Program-made: the position numbers and the translations under genes
The notes under the pieces: generated by a model
Told to the model about the DNA's origin: nothing
The model's input: only the letters and a program-made list of their open reading frames with translations
Databases searched by the model: none
Source of the DNA: Stegostoma tigrinum
Lineage: Eukaryota
Assembly: GCF_030684315.1 (NCBI RefSeq)
Contig: NC_081400.1
Span: 8,251,464-8,315,463, forward strand
DNA length: 64,000 nucleotides
Reading direction: 5' to 3'
Shown here: in pieces, positions 41,853 to 53,690 of the stretch
Position numbering within the stretch: position 1 is the first letter of the stretch
Layout: each line of letters opens with the position of its first letter

Positions 41853-42034
41853 TACATCTGGAATAGGTCCATCTTGTGCCTGGGCCTCCTAGTCCAAGGG
41901 TAAGGACATTACCTCTGCACCACAAAATGACATGCGTGCTTCAGCTAATTAACTCAAAACATCGAAGAACATACTGACTCTGTACCCGGGGTATATGGCA
42001 TGATGTAGTTCCAGCAACAATGGACATATCCTAC

Positions 42035-42145
42035 CTGAAACACATTTGCTGTAAATCCAAATTGTGACAGCTAACATCGTGAGAGGGAGCAGTATCATCA
42101 ATGAACACCAATAATACATGAGCTGGCAATGGGTCCACCATGGCT
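42035..42145 (-). CDS. Non-rearranging VJ-C1 IgSF receptor, exon 4 (stalk and transmembrane)
   Basis: Acceptor TATCTCTGTCTTCTTCAG, donor TCAG|GTAGGA, 111 nt, phase 1-1. EPWWTHCQ-LMYYWCSLMILLPLTMLAVTIWIY-SKCVS: a 24-aa hydrophobic span preceded by a Cys. Confidence 0.82.
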
Positions 42146-43194
42146 CTGAAGAAGACAGAGATACCATTAAAAGTCCAGCATCAAGCCACCAGTTACTTGA
42201 ATTCTCACCATCCCAATTCAGAGTAACAGAGGATAGGGACAACAATATAATTCTTTTCAGAATCGCCGACAGCCCAAAAACTAAAATAAACACGAAACTC
42301 CAATGATAAACAGAAAACAATGGAAAGGAATAATAACATGAGAAGAGAGAAAAGAAATGTGAGAGATAGTTGGAATGGCTGATGCAAGAGTCTGAGATAA
42401 CAAGATGTAGAGCTCAATGAACACAGGCAGGCCAGGCAGCATCAGAGGAGCAGGAAGGCTGACGTTTCGGGTCTAGACCCTTCTTCTGAAACTGAGATAC
42501 ATGTGGAAAGGAATGGTGTAGAAAAAACATTACTTTGAAATCTTTGATTGTTATGCTTGGATTGAAAGTATAAAATTCTGAAATTTTACGAGTTCCTTTA
42601 TACCCGAGTGTAAAATGATTACTCAAACCTCTCTAGATATATTTGTATCTATCTGTATCTAATCTACACAATGGCACTTCATTGCAGGCGACACTGATGA
42701 CGTTACCCAGCAGGGTAATGAAACGCCTGTGGAACAACAAACCAGCTCAGTGAGCCAAACCAACCACAACCTGAGCTACAAATTTACCCTAAAACCTTAG
42801 CTACAGTTTTATCTGCCTACTTTAATGCAATTTCTCAATCTTTCCACCAATGATCCAATTTAATATTCAACCATTTGAAAAAGCTGATTGCTTCTTCCCT
42901 GTCTTCCAAATTCTCATCCGTGTTCTCAGATTTAGTTTGTAACATGCAATAAATTGTTTATAAGCCAACATCTTCAAAGACACTGTACCAAGTCTTGCTG
43001 CAATTTTATGCAACTAAATCTCCTTCAAACATTTAACTAGCCATGCAGCAATAACTGTCAACAAATATTCTGTTAAGTAGTTTCACAAATCAATAATAAT
43101 ATTTTGAACTAAACTTTGTGCATAAATTATTGTCAAATGTAGCTCTATTTGGAAAGGTGATTTTTACCCAAACATCATGACATCTTAACAGGTG

Positions 43195-43440
43195 GATCAA
43201 CAAAACAGCTCAGTGAGCCAACCTCAACACCCATATCTTGCGCTCCAGATCTACTCCAAAACTTTCGAGACCTACGGGAGTAACACGTTTGAACTGACCA
43301 GGAAATGAGAAAACTATGGCAAATGAGAGAGCACAAATCGTGAACAACTCTACTTCCTTGCAGAACAACAAGACAGCTCGGCCAGCCAACCAACCTCAAC
43401 ACCTACAACCCAAGCTACAGATCTACTCCAAAACTTTCGA
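43195..43440 (+). repeat. Direct repeat of a Penelope-type terminal segment (related copy at about 42690-42800)
   Basis: acagctc…agccaacc…caacacc…cagatctactccaaaactttcga at 43201-43268 and 43369-43440. Confidence 0.6.
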
Positions 43441-43899
43441 CACATTAACACACCTATAATTATGGAAATGTTCTTCTTCTTCTTCGCTACTGAACGATAT
43501 ATTTCAGAAATATAATTTGATCAAGGAAATTAAGGAGGATGCACTGAATCTTTTTTTTTCACTTTGAGGGCAGAAGAAGAGTGAATTTTCACCACTGTTT
43601 AAAAAAAAGGTCATATCGTTTATTAACCATATTAAATGCAAGTGAACTAAAGTCCCACATTCAAATTCACATTAATTCAAAGAAATGAACTTATGGAGTT
43701 AGCCAAGAGAATATTGATTCGATCAAACTCTGATTACGAAGAATAGAAATGCTCTGAAAGTGCCAAGTGGATATTTAAGCTAGGCAGATTGTGCAAAAAA
43801 TATTTCTTTCGATGAGACCAGATTACAATGTTTGAAACAATGAAAATGATTGAAAAATCTAGGCTTTTTTAGTCCCACTAGCAATGGGTAAAAATGGTG

Positions 43900-44980
43900 T
43901 CCTGACAGGTGGCTGTTATCTATGGATGTGTTTGACAGAAAAGTAGAGGGGAGGATGCTTCTACTCTTGAGGAAAACTGAACCAAAAAGAGGTCATGCTC
44001 ATTGCTCCCTCATAGCAGCAACCCGAGTGGATAAAGGTGATAAGAAGGAATACAGAATGCTTTCTTTCATCAGTCAGGGCACTGAGTGGAAAAAGAAATG
44101 GCAAGAGGTGTTCCAACTGTTTCAAACATTTGTCAAGCAACATTGGGATGACTGTGTACAGTTCTGATAGGCTTTGGAGAGGATGTAGAAGAAATTTATT
44201 GGGATGTTTCCTGGAAATGGAACGGGGAAGTGGGCCAAAATTGGATTTTTTTCTGTTGGAGCATGGAGGCTGAGGAGCAATCTGATAGAATTATACAAAC
44301 TTATAAGAAAAAAAAATGGTTTGGACGGAGGAGTCTCTTTCCCAGCATGGATGTTTTAAATGTTTGAGGCAACAGTTTTAATGTGATGGGGGAAATTTGA
44401 AAGTTGTGGGTGAGGAAATGTTTTACAGATTGTGACAGGTGCCTGGAAACACACTGCCACAGGAGGCGTTTGAAGCAGAAGCATTAACAAAGTTTAAGAG
44501 ACATTTGTAAAGGCACATGAGCAAGCAGAGAATAGAGACACACAGACATTAATTAGTCAGATGGTCAAATCATAGAGTTCTACGCTGTGGAAAGAGGAAA
44601 TTTGGCTCCGAAGTAACCCTATGAAGAGCATACCACTTAGACCCAGTCCCCGACAACTGAATAACCCTGTATTTACCCTGATAATTCCCTTTAAAACTGC
44701 AGGCCTGGATAATTCAGAGCAAATTAGTATGATGACTCCACCGAACCTACACGTCCTTGGACTGTGAGAGGAAACCGGCGCACCTGACGGAAAGCCATAC
44801 AACCATGGGAAGAATGTATAAACTCACAGACAGTCACCTAAGGCAGGAATCGAACCTGGGTCCCTGGCGCTATGAAACAGTGGTGCTAGATTAGTTTAGA
44901 ACAGAATCATGGTCAGCATATACATGGCAAGCTGAAGGGCCTGTTCCTGTGTCATACTGTTCTGTTTTATGTTCTCATAT
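43900..44980 (+). mobile_element. CR1 3' fragment interrupted by an antisense HE1 SINE (about 44565-44890)
   Basis: CR1 C-terminal motifs on the + strand; atcgaacctgggtccctggcgc (B box, reverse) at about 44850. Confidence 0.78.
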
Positions 44981-45249
44981 AATGGCATCACTCCCACATC
45001 AGAACTGGGATATGAGTCGATAATTTCTATTCAGTTTGTGCTAGCATTTGGAAATACTTACGCTAAAGATGATCTAATGTGTTGGAGATCAGTAGGAATC
45101 GAGTATCTTTAGTGCATTTGGGAGCACAAAATATGTGGATGTAGGTATGTGATGATGGCATTACCAAAACATTGTTGGGGCGATATTTGTGTGGAATAGG
45201 AATAATGACTTATCTATTGTGTCTAATCGTCTGTTTCCAGAGTGAGACT

Positions 45250-45336
45250 TTTATTTTAGAAATGCAGGTGGAGATTTGTGTGCATTAAATGGGAAAGCAG
45301 CAAATTGGAAATGCAGCTGTATTTTCCAATTTTATT
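45250..45336 (-). promoter_or_regulatory. Two candidate intronic polyadenylation signals after the C exon
   Basis: AATAAA on the - strand at 45336-45331 and 45255-45250, about 200 and 280 nt after the read-through stop at 45533. Confidence 0.35.
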
Positions 45337-45543
45337 CAGTGAAAGCATAGAGTTCTTTCTTAGACATTAATATGCATAAATGGCCTGATCAAATGGACTG
45401 AAATTATCATTCATACAGTTAAATAGTGTAGCATTGAGGAAGGAAATCTGTAAAAGTCCAGATAATCAGAAGCGGATACGAAAAAGGAGCAACATTTTAC
45501 TAGTTATGCATCAAGCATTCGCCTCACCTATGTCAACATTTAC

Positions 45544-45846
45544 CTCTGTGATAGGAGATAACTTCGCTGGCAAGAATTTCTGTTGAAGTGATTTGAACTG
45601 AGCAAGTGCAGGAAGCGACTTGTTTCCATGTTTCTGTTGGGACTCTGAAGTGACTTATGATAGCGAATCCTCCAGCAGAGACGATTGTCCCAGAATGTGT
45701 CCAATGCTTGCCATCCCAAGTGGAAATATTCCAGCCGATGGGAATTGAATCAGAAAGCACGTTGTTTACTAAGCACACCAATGTGTTAGCCTCCATATGA
45801 AACATTTCATCCAGCGGTAGTGATAAGAGAAAGATGGCTGGGGGTT
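45544..45846 (-). CDS. Non-rearranging VJ-C1 IgSF receptor, exon 3 (C1-type constant domain)
   Basis: Acceptor ...CAACAG| at 45847, donor AGAG|GTAAAT, 303 nt, phase 1-1. Translates EPPAIFLLSLPLDEMFHMEANTLVCLV...IGWNIS...SHFRVPTETWKQVASCTCSVQ...SYHR, with C1-set motifs P-x-I-F-L, TLVCLV, W, and W-x5-CTC-x-V. The 5' boundary is less certain because a LINE tail lies about 15 nt upstream. Confidence 0.88.
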
Positions 45847-45862
45847 CTGTTGTGTTGGAGAA

Positions 45863-46700
45863 GCATCACAGAATCACAAAATTGCTATAATGCCGAACTG
45901 GACTGACTGGCCTATTGTGCTGCATAAGCTCTTCAAATGAGCATAATAATGTAGCTGTACACTCCTATTTTTATTTTTCTGCGTGCCTTTGGCACACCAT
46001 TTCCATCAAAAAGATCATCTGATGTTCCTGGAAATGCCTCAATTGAATTTGCCTCTCCCACATTTTTAGCCAGTGCATTCAATAGCCTAAATACTGTGTG
46101 AAATAAAGTTTAATTATCACAACACTCTTGTTTCTTTTGAAATCATACGCGATAGTCTATGTTCCTTTTATGAGTGGGAAAAAGATTCTCCCATCTACTC
46201 TACCAAGCTGCTCTTGATTTTGAAAACCTCAATCAAGTCTTCTCTCATCCTTTTTTCTCCAAGGAGAACGGTCCAAATTCCTTCTTTTTATCAACATAAT
46301 TGAAGTTTCTCATTTCTGGAAGCATTCTTGCAAATCATTTCTGCCCTATCTCCAGTGCATTCTATACTTTCCTATAATGTGACACTTATAATGTTACAAA
46401 ATGCTGATACATTACCTTGGTCTTGCGTCCTTTGCTCCAATGAATAAAATGAAAGATTACTGTATTCTTCATGAACTGTTCTGTCTGCCCAGGTCCTGAC
46501 ACCTTCAATGATGTGTGCATATACACACTTAGGATCTCCTGTCCCTGCACCCACTTTAGTATTGTACTGTTTATTTTCTTTCTTGCATTTCAGTGTTTTT
46601 CCAACCAAAGTGACTTAACTCACACTTCTGTGCATTGAATTCTCTATGTCGTCTATATGCTCATTCCAACACCTGGTCGATGTCCTTTTGTTGTCATCCT
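45863..46700 (-). mobile_element. CR1-type LINE 3' fragment ending next to the C-exon acceptor
   Basis: Reverse complement of the ORF2 C-terminus; tail ATTTTGTG-ATTCTGTG-AT ends about 15 nt before the AG at 45848-45847. Confidence 0.75.
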
Positions 46701-47221
46701 TACAGCTTACAATTCCTTCTGATCCCTTGTAGTGACAGAACTTGCTGCTCTATCACTATGGCCCACGACAACATCCTCCTCTTCTGCAAAGTTATAATGT
46801 GTTCATTTATGCTCTATGTCAATGTGTAAACCAATTTTGTGGGTTTGAATCGATGCTACTCATCCATTAACAATTCTAATATGTTGTATGTGCCTATAGG
46901 TGACTTTGGGATTCCCTCTTCTACTTTCTAGTATTTTCTTGTCATTACTTTCGGCTTATTTTGTTTGCTTTGCCAACTCCCCGCTAAAACTGCAGTATTG
47001 CACTTGGTTCTTACTTTTAATTCCACCTCATAACCTGTAATGAGCACAACATTCTTCTATCTAAAATAAATTTCCATCTCCTTTACCATCCAGGGAGCTC
47101 ATATCGTCTCATTAAAAAATGCATTGACTGTGCCTGGTCTATCACTGTTTCAAAGGAGGCAAAGCACTGTCGTAGATAAAGGAGTAGTTGTATGGCAGAA
47201 GGCAGAGAAGAAGGATAAACA

Positions 47222-48680
47222 AATAATGGGAACTGCAGATGCTGGAGAATCCAAGATTACAAAGTGTGGGGCTGGATGAACACAGCAGGCCAAGCAGCAT
47301 CTTAGGAGCACAAAAACTAAAGTTTCGGACCTAGACCCTTCATCAGAAAAGGGACGGGGGAGAGGGTTCTGAAATAAATAGGGAGAGAGGGGGAGGCGGA
47401 TCTAAGATGGATAGAGGAGAAGATAGGTGGAGAGGAGACAGACAAGTTAAAGAGGCGGGGATGGAGCCTGTAGAGGTCAGTGTAAGTGGAGAGGTCGGAA
47501 GAGGATAAGTCAGTCCGGGGAGGACGGACAGGTCAAGGGGGCAGGATGAGGTTAGTAGGTAGGACATGGGGGTGTGGCTTGACATGGGAGGAGGGGATAA
47601 GTGAGAGGAAGAACAGGTTAGGGAGGCGGGGACGAGCTGGGTTGGTTTTGGGATGCAGTAGGGGGAGAACTGATTTTGAAGCTTGTGAAATCAATATTGA
47701 TACCATTGGGCTTCAGGGTTCCTGAGTGGAATATGAGTTGCTGCAGAGGAGGCCTGCTGCCATCTGCAATCCGACCCCACCACCAAAGGCAATTTTCCAT
47801 CCCCACTCCTGTCTGCTTTCTGGATGGACCACTCTCTCTGTGACTCCCTTGTCTGCTCCACACTCCCCTCCAACCACACTACACCCGGCACTTTCCCCTG
47901 CAACTGCAGGAATTGCTACATTTGCCCCCCATACCTCCTCCCTCACCCCCATCCCAGATCCCAAGAAGACTTTCCATATCGAGCAGATGTTCACCTGCAC
48001 ATCTGCCAATGTGGTATACTGCATCCGCTGCACCCATTGTGGCTTCCTCTACATCGCGGAAACCAAGCGGAGGCTTGGGGACAACTTTGCAGAACACCTC
48101 AGCTCGGTTCGCAATAAACAACTGCACCACCCATTCACGAACCATTTTAACACCCTCTCCCATTCCTCAGACGACATGTCCATCATGGGCCTCCTGCAGT
48201 GCCACAATGATGCCAGCCGAACGTTGCAGGAACAGCAACTCATATTCCGCCTGGGAACCCTGCAGCCCAATGGTATCAATATGTATTTCACAAGCTTCAA
48301 TATCTTGCCTCCACCACCTGCACAACTACTGCATCCCAAAACCAACCCAGCTCATCCCGTCTCCTTAACCTGTTCTGCCTCTCACCCATCCCTTCCTCCC
48401 ACTTCAAACCGCACCCCCATGTGCTACCTACTAACCTCATCCCACCCCCTTGACCTATCCATCCTCCCCGACTGACCTATCCCCTCCCTACCTCCCCATC
48501 TACACTCACATCTACTGGCTCCATCCCTGCCCCTTTAACTTGTCTGTCTCCTCTCCACCTATTTTCCCCTCTAACCATCTTCAATCTTCCTCCCCCTCTC
48601 CCGATTTATTTCAGAACCCTCTCCCCCTCACCCTTTACTGATGAAGGGTCTAGGCCCGAAACATCAGCTTTTGTGCTCCG
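47222..48680 (+). mobile_element. Penelope-like element (GIY-YIG end) with inverted arms
   Basis: ORF 47726-48475 includes FTCTSANVVYCIRCTHCGFLYIAETKRRLGDNFAEHL…GTLQPNGIN. 47222-47750 is an inverted, more diverged copy of the 3' portion. Confidence 0.9.
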
Positions 48681-48964
48681 AGTGAGGATAAAGACCTCTT
48701 TTTCAGGTTGGCAGCTGGTAACTAGCGGAGTTCTAGAGGCAGCTGTGTGGAACCACAGCTATTCAAGTTATACAATAACTGTCTGGTTAATAGAACAAAG
48801 ACAAGCGAACGTACCAGTAGTGTTGAGGAAGCAGCGAGTTTTTCAAAGGATTTTGAACATTCTAGGCAATTGTGCCAAGGAGCAGCAGTATCAATAGAAT
48901 GTGGGAAAATGTGAGTTTGACCACTATGGGAGGAATGTCACAGGCGTGACAGACTATTTTCTAA

Positions 48965-51900
48965 GGAGCTGACGATTAAAGGACAAGCTTAAATGTTCTG
49001 TGCCTTATTGCACAGACCATGCAATAAAATGTGTGAATTAATCATGCAGATAGATGTAAAAGTACAATACAATTGGGATTTCAGAGACCCGATTGCAGGG
49101 TGACCAAGGATGGGACCTGAAAATCCCAGAATATTCAGTCTTTAGGAAGTACAGGCAAAAAGAGAATGGTGTTGGAGTGGCAGTGCTGGTTATATATGAA
49201 TTTAACACTACAGAGAGAAAGGATATCAGCTCTGAAAATGTGGAGTCTGGATGGGTAGAGTTGGGAAGTACCGAAGTGGAAAAAAAAACAGCAGCAGGTA
49301 TCATACATATATGCCCTAAACTGCAGTGGTGATGGTGAGGATGGCATTAAACAGGAAAATAGAGGTGCATGCGATAAGGAAATATGGATGATCATGGGTG
49401 ATTTTATTCTGCACATAAATTGGACAAATCAAATTAGCCACAATGCCACAGATGTAGAATTCCTGAAAAGTGTACAGGATGGTTTTCTTGACCAATATGT
49501 CGACGAACCAACTGGACAAAAGGTCATTTTGGATTGGGTGTTGTGCAACGGAAAGGGAATCATTGCCAATCTAGCTGTTTGGAACACCAACGAGAAGAGC
49601 GACCAAAAAAAAAGATAGAATTATTTATCAAGACGGAGAGTGGGGTTTCTGATTTGCACACTTGGGTGCTGTACCTAAATAAGGAAACTACATGGATATG
49701 AGGTTTGGTTTGGCTTTGATGGATAAGGGAGAGTTACGTCAAAGGATGCCAGTGGATAGACAATGGCAAGCTTTCATGGAATGCATGGGGCAAACTGCAA
49801 CAACTATTTATTCCTGTCTGTGACAAAAGCAAAATGGGTAAGTGGGCCAATCCATGGCTTACAAAGGAAATAAGAGATACTTTCTGATCCAAGGAAGAAG
49901 CATGCCGATTGTCCAAGAAAAATAATAGATCTTAGGATTGGGAGCAGTTTAGGATTTGGCAAAAAGAAATCAAGGGATTGATTACGGGGGAAAATAGAGT
50001 AGGAAAGTAAGCTTGCAGGAAACATAAAGACTGACACTTAGAGTTTCTATAGGTACATGAAAAGAAAGCGATTAATAATGACAAATATAGGTCCCCTACA
50101 GACAGAAATGGGGTAATATATAAAAGGGGATAAAGAAATGGCTGAGGAACTGAATACATATGTTGATTATGTCTTCACGAAAGAGGATACAAATGAAATG
50201 CCAGAATTGTTCGAGGATGCAAGATTTAGTGAGAGGGAATAACTGAGAGAGATCAATATTGCAGAAATAATACAGGGAAAATTGTTGGGATTTAAGGCTA
50301 ATAAATCCCCAGGGATTTGATAGTCTACATCCAGAGTATTTAAGGAAGTAGCTCTAGAAATTGTTGCTGCATTGGTGGTCATCTTCCAGGATTCCATTGA
50401 CCCCGCAGATTGGAGGGTGGCTGATACCACTCCAATATTCAAAAAGGAAGGTAGGGAGAAAATAGGGAATTATAGACCAGTAAGTCTAACATCGACAGTG
50501 GAAAAATTATTGTTTCTATTTTGAAAGATTTTTTAGCTGAGCATTTAGAAAACAATGGCAGGATCAGATCGAGTTGGCATGCATTTACGAAGGGGAAATC
50601 ATTTTTGACAAATCTGTTGGAATTCTACAAAAATGTAACTCATAGAGTTGACAAGGGGAGCCAGTCGAATTAGTACATTTGGACTTTCAGAAAGTGTTTG
50701 ACAAAGTCCCACCTAAGAGATCGACATGTAAAAATAGAATACATGGGAATGGGGGATATTGAGACGGTTAGTAAACTGGTTGACAAAGAGGAAACAAAGT
50801 ATAGAATTAATGGGTCCTTTTCAAATTGCCAGGGAATAACTAATGGGGTCACAGCGATTGGTGCTTGAATACCAGCTATTCACAATGTATATTGAAAATT
50901 TGGATGATGAAACAAAATGTAACATCTCCAAGTTTGCAGATGACACCAAGTTGGGTGGGAGGGTGAACTGGAACGAGGATGCAGAGATCCTTCAGCATGA
51001 TCCCGACAGGTTAGGTGAGTGGGAAACTTGTTGACGGATGCAGCATAATTTGGATGTATGTGAGCTTATTTACATCAGGAGCAGAAACAAGAAGGCAGGT
51101 TACTACTTGAATGGCTGTAAATTTGGAGAGGGGAGTGTGCAGCAGGACAGTTTGCATGTAAGCAGACAGATGCAGTAGCTGGCAAAGAAGGCAAATGGTA
51201 TGTTGGCCTTCATTGCGAGAGGTTTCGAGTACAGGATCAGGGATGTGTTTTGGCAGTTGTACAGAGCCTTGATGAAATCACACTGAAATATTGTGAGCAG
51301 TTTTAATGTCATTTTTCTGTGGAAGCATGCTCTTGTTCTCAAGGGACTGCAGCAAATGTTTACCAGACTGATTCTGGAGAAGGTGCGTTTGACATAAACA
51401 GAGAGATTGATTAGGTTGGGATTGTTTTCACCACAATTCACGTGAATGAGGGGCGACCTCATACAGACTTAGAAAATCAAGGGGTACGGGAAGAGAGCAG
51501 GAGGACGGGGCAGAGGAACTTATCAGCTATGATTGACTGGCAGCGCAGTCTTGGTGGGCCGAATGGCCTAATTTATGTCTTATGGTGTTAAAATCCTAAC
51601 AGGGCTGGACAGGGTAAATGCAAGGAGAATTGTGGCTGTGTCCAGAAACAAGGGTCACAGTATGAGGATTTGGTAGATGATTTATTACATAGAATTCTTA
51701 CAGTGTTGGAAACAGGGCCTTCAGCCCAACGAGTCCACACCGACCCACAGAGCATCCCAACCCAGACCAATCCCCCTATAACCCACCTCATCTACACATC
51801 CCTGGACACTACAGGGCAATTTAGCATAGCCAAACCACCTAACTTGTACATCCTTGGACTGTGGGAGGAAACCAGAGCACCTGGAGGAAACCACGCAGAC

Positions 51901-52270
51901 ACAGGAAGAATGGGCAAATGCCACACAGACAGTCGCCCAAGGGTAGAATCGAACCCATGTCCCTGGTGCTGTTAGGCATCAGTGCTAACCCCTGAGCCAC
52001 CATGATTTAGGATGAAGATGAAGAGACATTTCTTCACGAAAGAGTGGTGAGGGTGTGGAATTGATTACCGCAGGAATTAGTCGATGCCAAATTATTGAAT
52101 GTATTCAAGAGACGACGAGATATAGCACTTGAGACCAAAGGATCAAAGGATATGGGGAGAAATCAGCATTAGGCTATTGAGTTGGATGATCAGCCATGAT
52201 CGTGAAGAATGGCAGGGCAGGCTTGAAGGGCCAAATGGCCACACCCTACTCCTATATTCTATGTTTCTAA
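48965..52270 (+). mobile_element. Long CR1-type LINE (APE and RT, disrupted) nested in an older CR1 fragment; contains an HE1 SINE (51687-52003, -) and a short foreign tail (51479-51589)
   Basis: WDLKIPEYSVFRK, IMGDFILHINW, NYRPVSLTS, ISKFADDTKLGG, 3' tail ttctatgtttct. The host fragments at 48680-48964 and 52271-52500 rejoin at tttctaa. Confidence 0.9.
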
Positions 52271-53690
52271 ATGGAATAGGCTTTAGAAATCTGATGTGCA
52301 AAGAGACTTAGGAGTCCTAGTTCAGAATTCTCTCAAGATTTACATCCGGGTAATTTGATAGTTAAGAAGACAAATGCAATGTTGCCATTCATTTCAAGAA
52401 AACTAGAATACAATAGCAAAAATGTGCTGACTATGGACAGACCTCATTTTGGATATTGTGAGCAGTATTTTGCCTTGTGTGTGAGGAACGATGAATGATT
52501 TTGCTTCAGTATCTTATAGTCTTATTGTTCTCCTTTTTTTCCCTTCCACCAACCTTTGTTTTCCAGTCAATTTTGCACAACTTTTTTCCCCATTTCAATG
52601 TCTACTTCTTCACTGATTTTACTTGTTTCATTTTACCAAACTCTTATAATGCACATACCATTGAGTACTAAATGTTTGCTCAACGGCAATTGATCCACTT
52701 TTCCCACCTCATTTCCAAGGACCACATTCAATTATTATTCATTTTCTGTTTTTTATTTGAACAAACACTTTTTTAGGAAACTGTCATGAATACATTATAG
52801 AAACCCCTGTTTCTCGTTGTCCCATACATGACCAGTGACCCAGTTTATGTTTGGCTCACAAATGCCTTCCATTATAACCATTCTAAAATGTTGGTATTTT
52901 CCTGGAAATTTCCTGCAGATTTGCTCTTCTAAATCTTCTCCTCGAGGTGATTATATCTGTGCTTCACTAATCAATGTACATGTTCCAATAATATTCCTTA
53001 GCTCAAAGTCAGTTATTGACCACCCTGAAAAACACTGAAATACCATCCTTAACATATAGTTCTACTCTCCCCCTCCTGTCGTACATTTCTAACCTTTGTT
53101 TTTGAAGAATATATATCCAGGAATATTTAAAACCAAGTCTTTCCCTCTTTTAGCCAGTTTTCTATCATTGTCACAGCATTGTATTTCTATATGGCACCAT
53201 GTCTGTAGCTACTGAATCGTATTTCCTATATGCCAAGGATATTAGGTCTATATTAGATTTCATTTCTTTCTCCCTATCTCTGCCCTCAGCTATTATCTTG
53301 TTATTCTCTTTATAGTGCCATCTGTAACCTGAAGTAAAGTGGACCCGAGAATTCTCTACGATTATTCGCTTTTGTTTCCCACATCGCTTCCAATTTAGGT
53401 TAAATCCCTCTCAGTAACAGAAGCACAACATTTCATAAGGAAATTCGCTCCACCTCTATTCAAACACAGTCATCCCTTGTACAAAATCTATCAACTCTGC
53501 ATAAGTCTCAGTGTTCCAGGAATCTAAAGTCCTGCTCTATCTGTGCTACTAGCATGATAATCCTTCGTGTCCTAATTGTAAATTCACTAACACACAGCAT
53601 TGGCAGTGATGTGGAGACTACCAGAGGTAACACAAAATCACAGTTCCAACTTCCTGGTAATTTATGATGAAATGAGTGAAACAGTCTTAC

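Noticed and set aside
42205-42417. Minus-strand ORF with a hydrophobic stretch and LCYSEL (ITIM-like)
   Set aside because: T-rich intron sequence starting inside a Penelope mini-element, with no suitable phase-1 acceptor; a clean TM exon exists at 42145-42035.
45419-45447. Mini-exon DFLPQCYTI* 96 nt after the C exon
   Set aside because: Plausible AG but no other support; it cannot be distinguished from a chance acceptor.
53593-53640. RSS-like CACAGCA…ACAAAATCA downstream of the V exon
   Set aside because: The spacer is 32 nt rather than 12 or 23, both motifs are mismatched, and it does not abut a coding segment.
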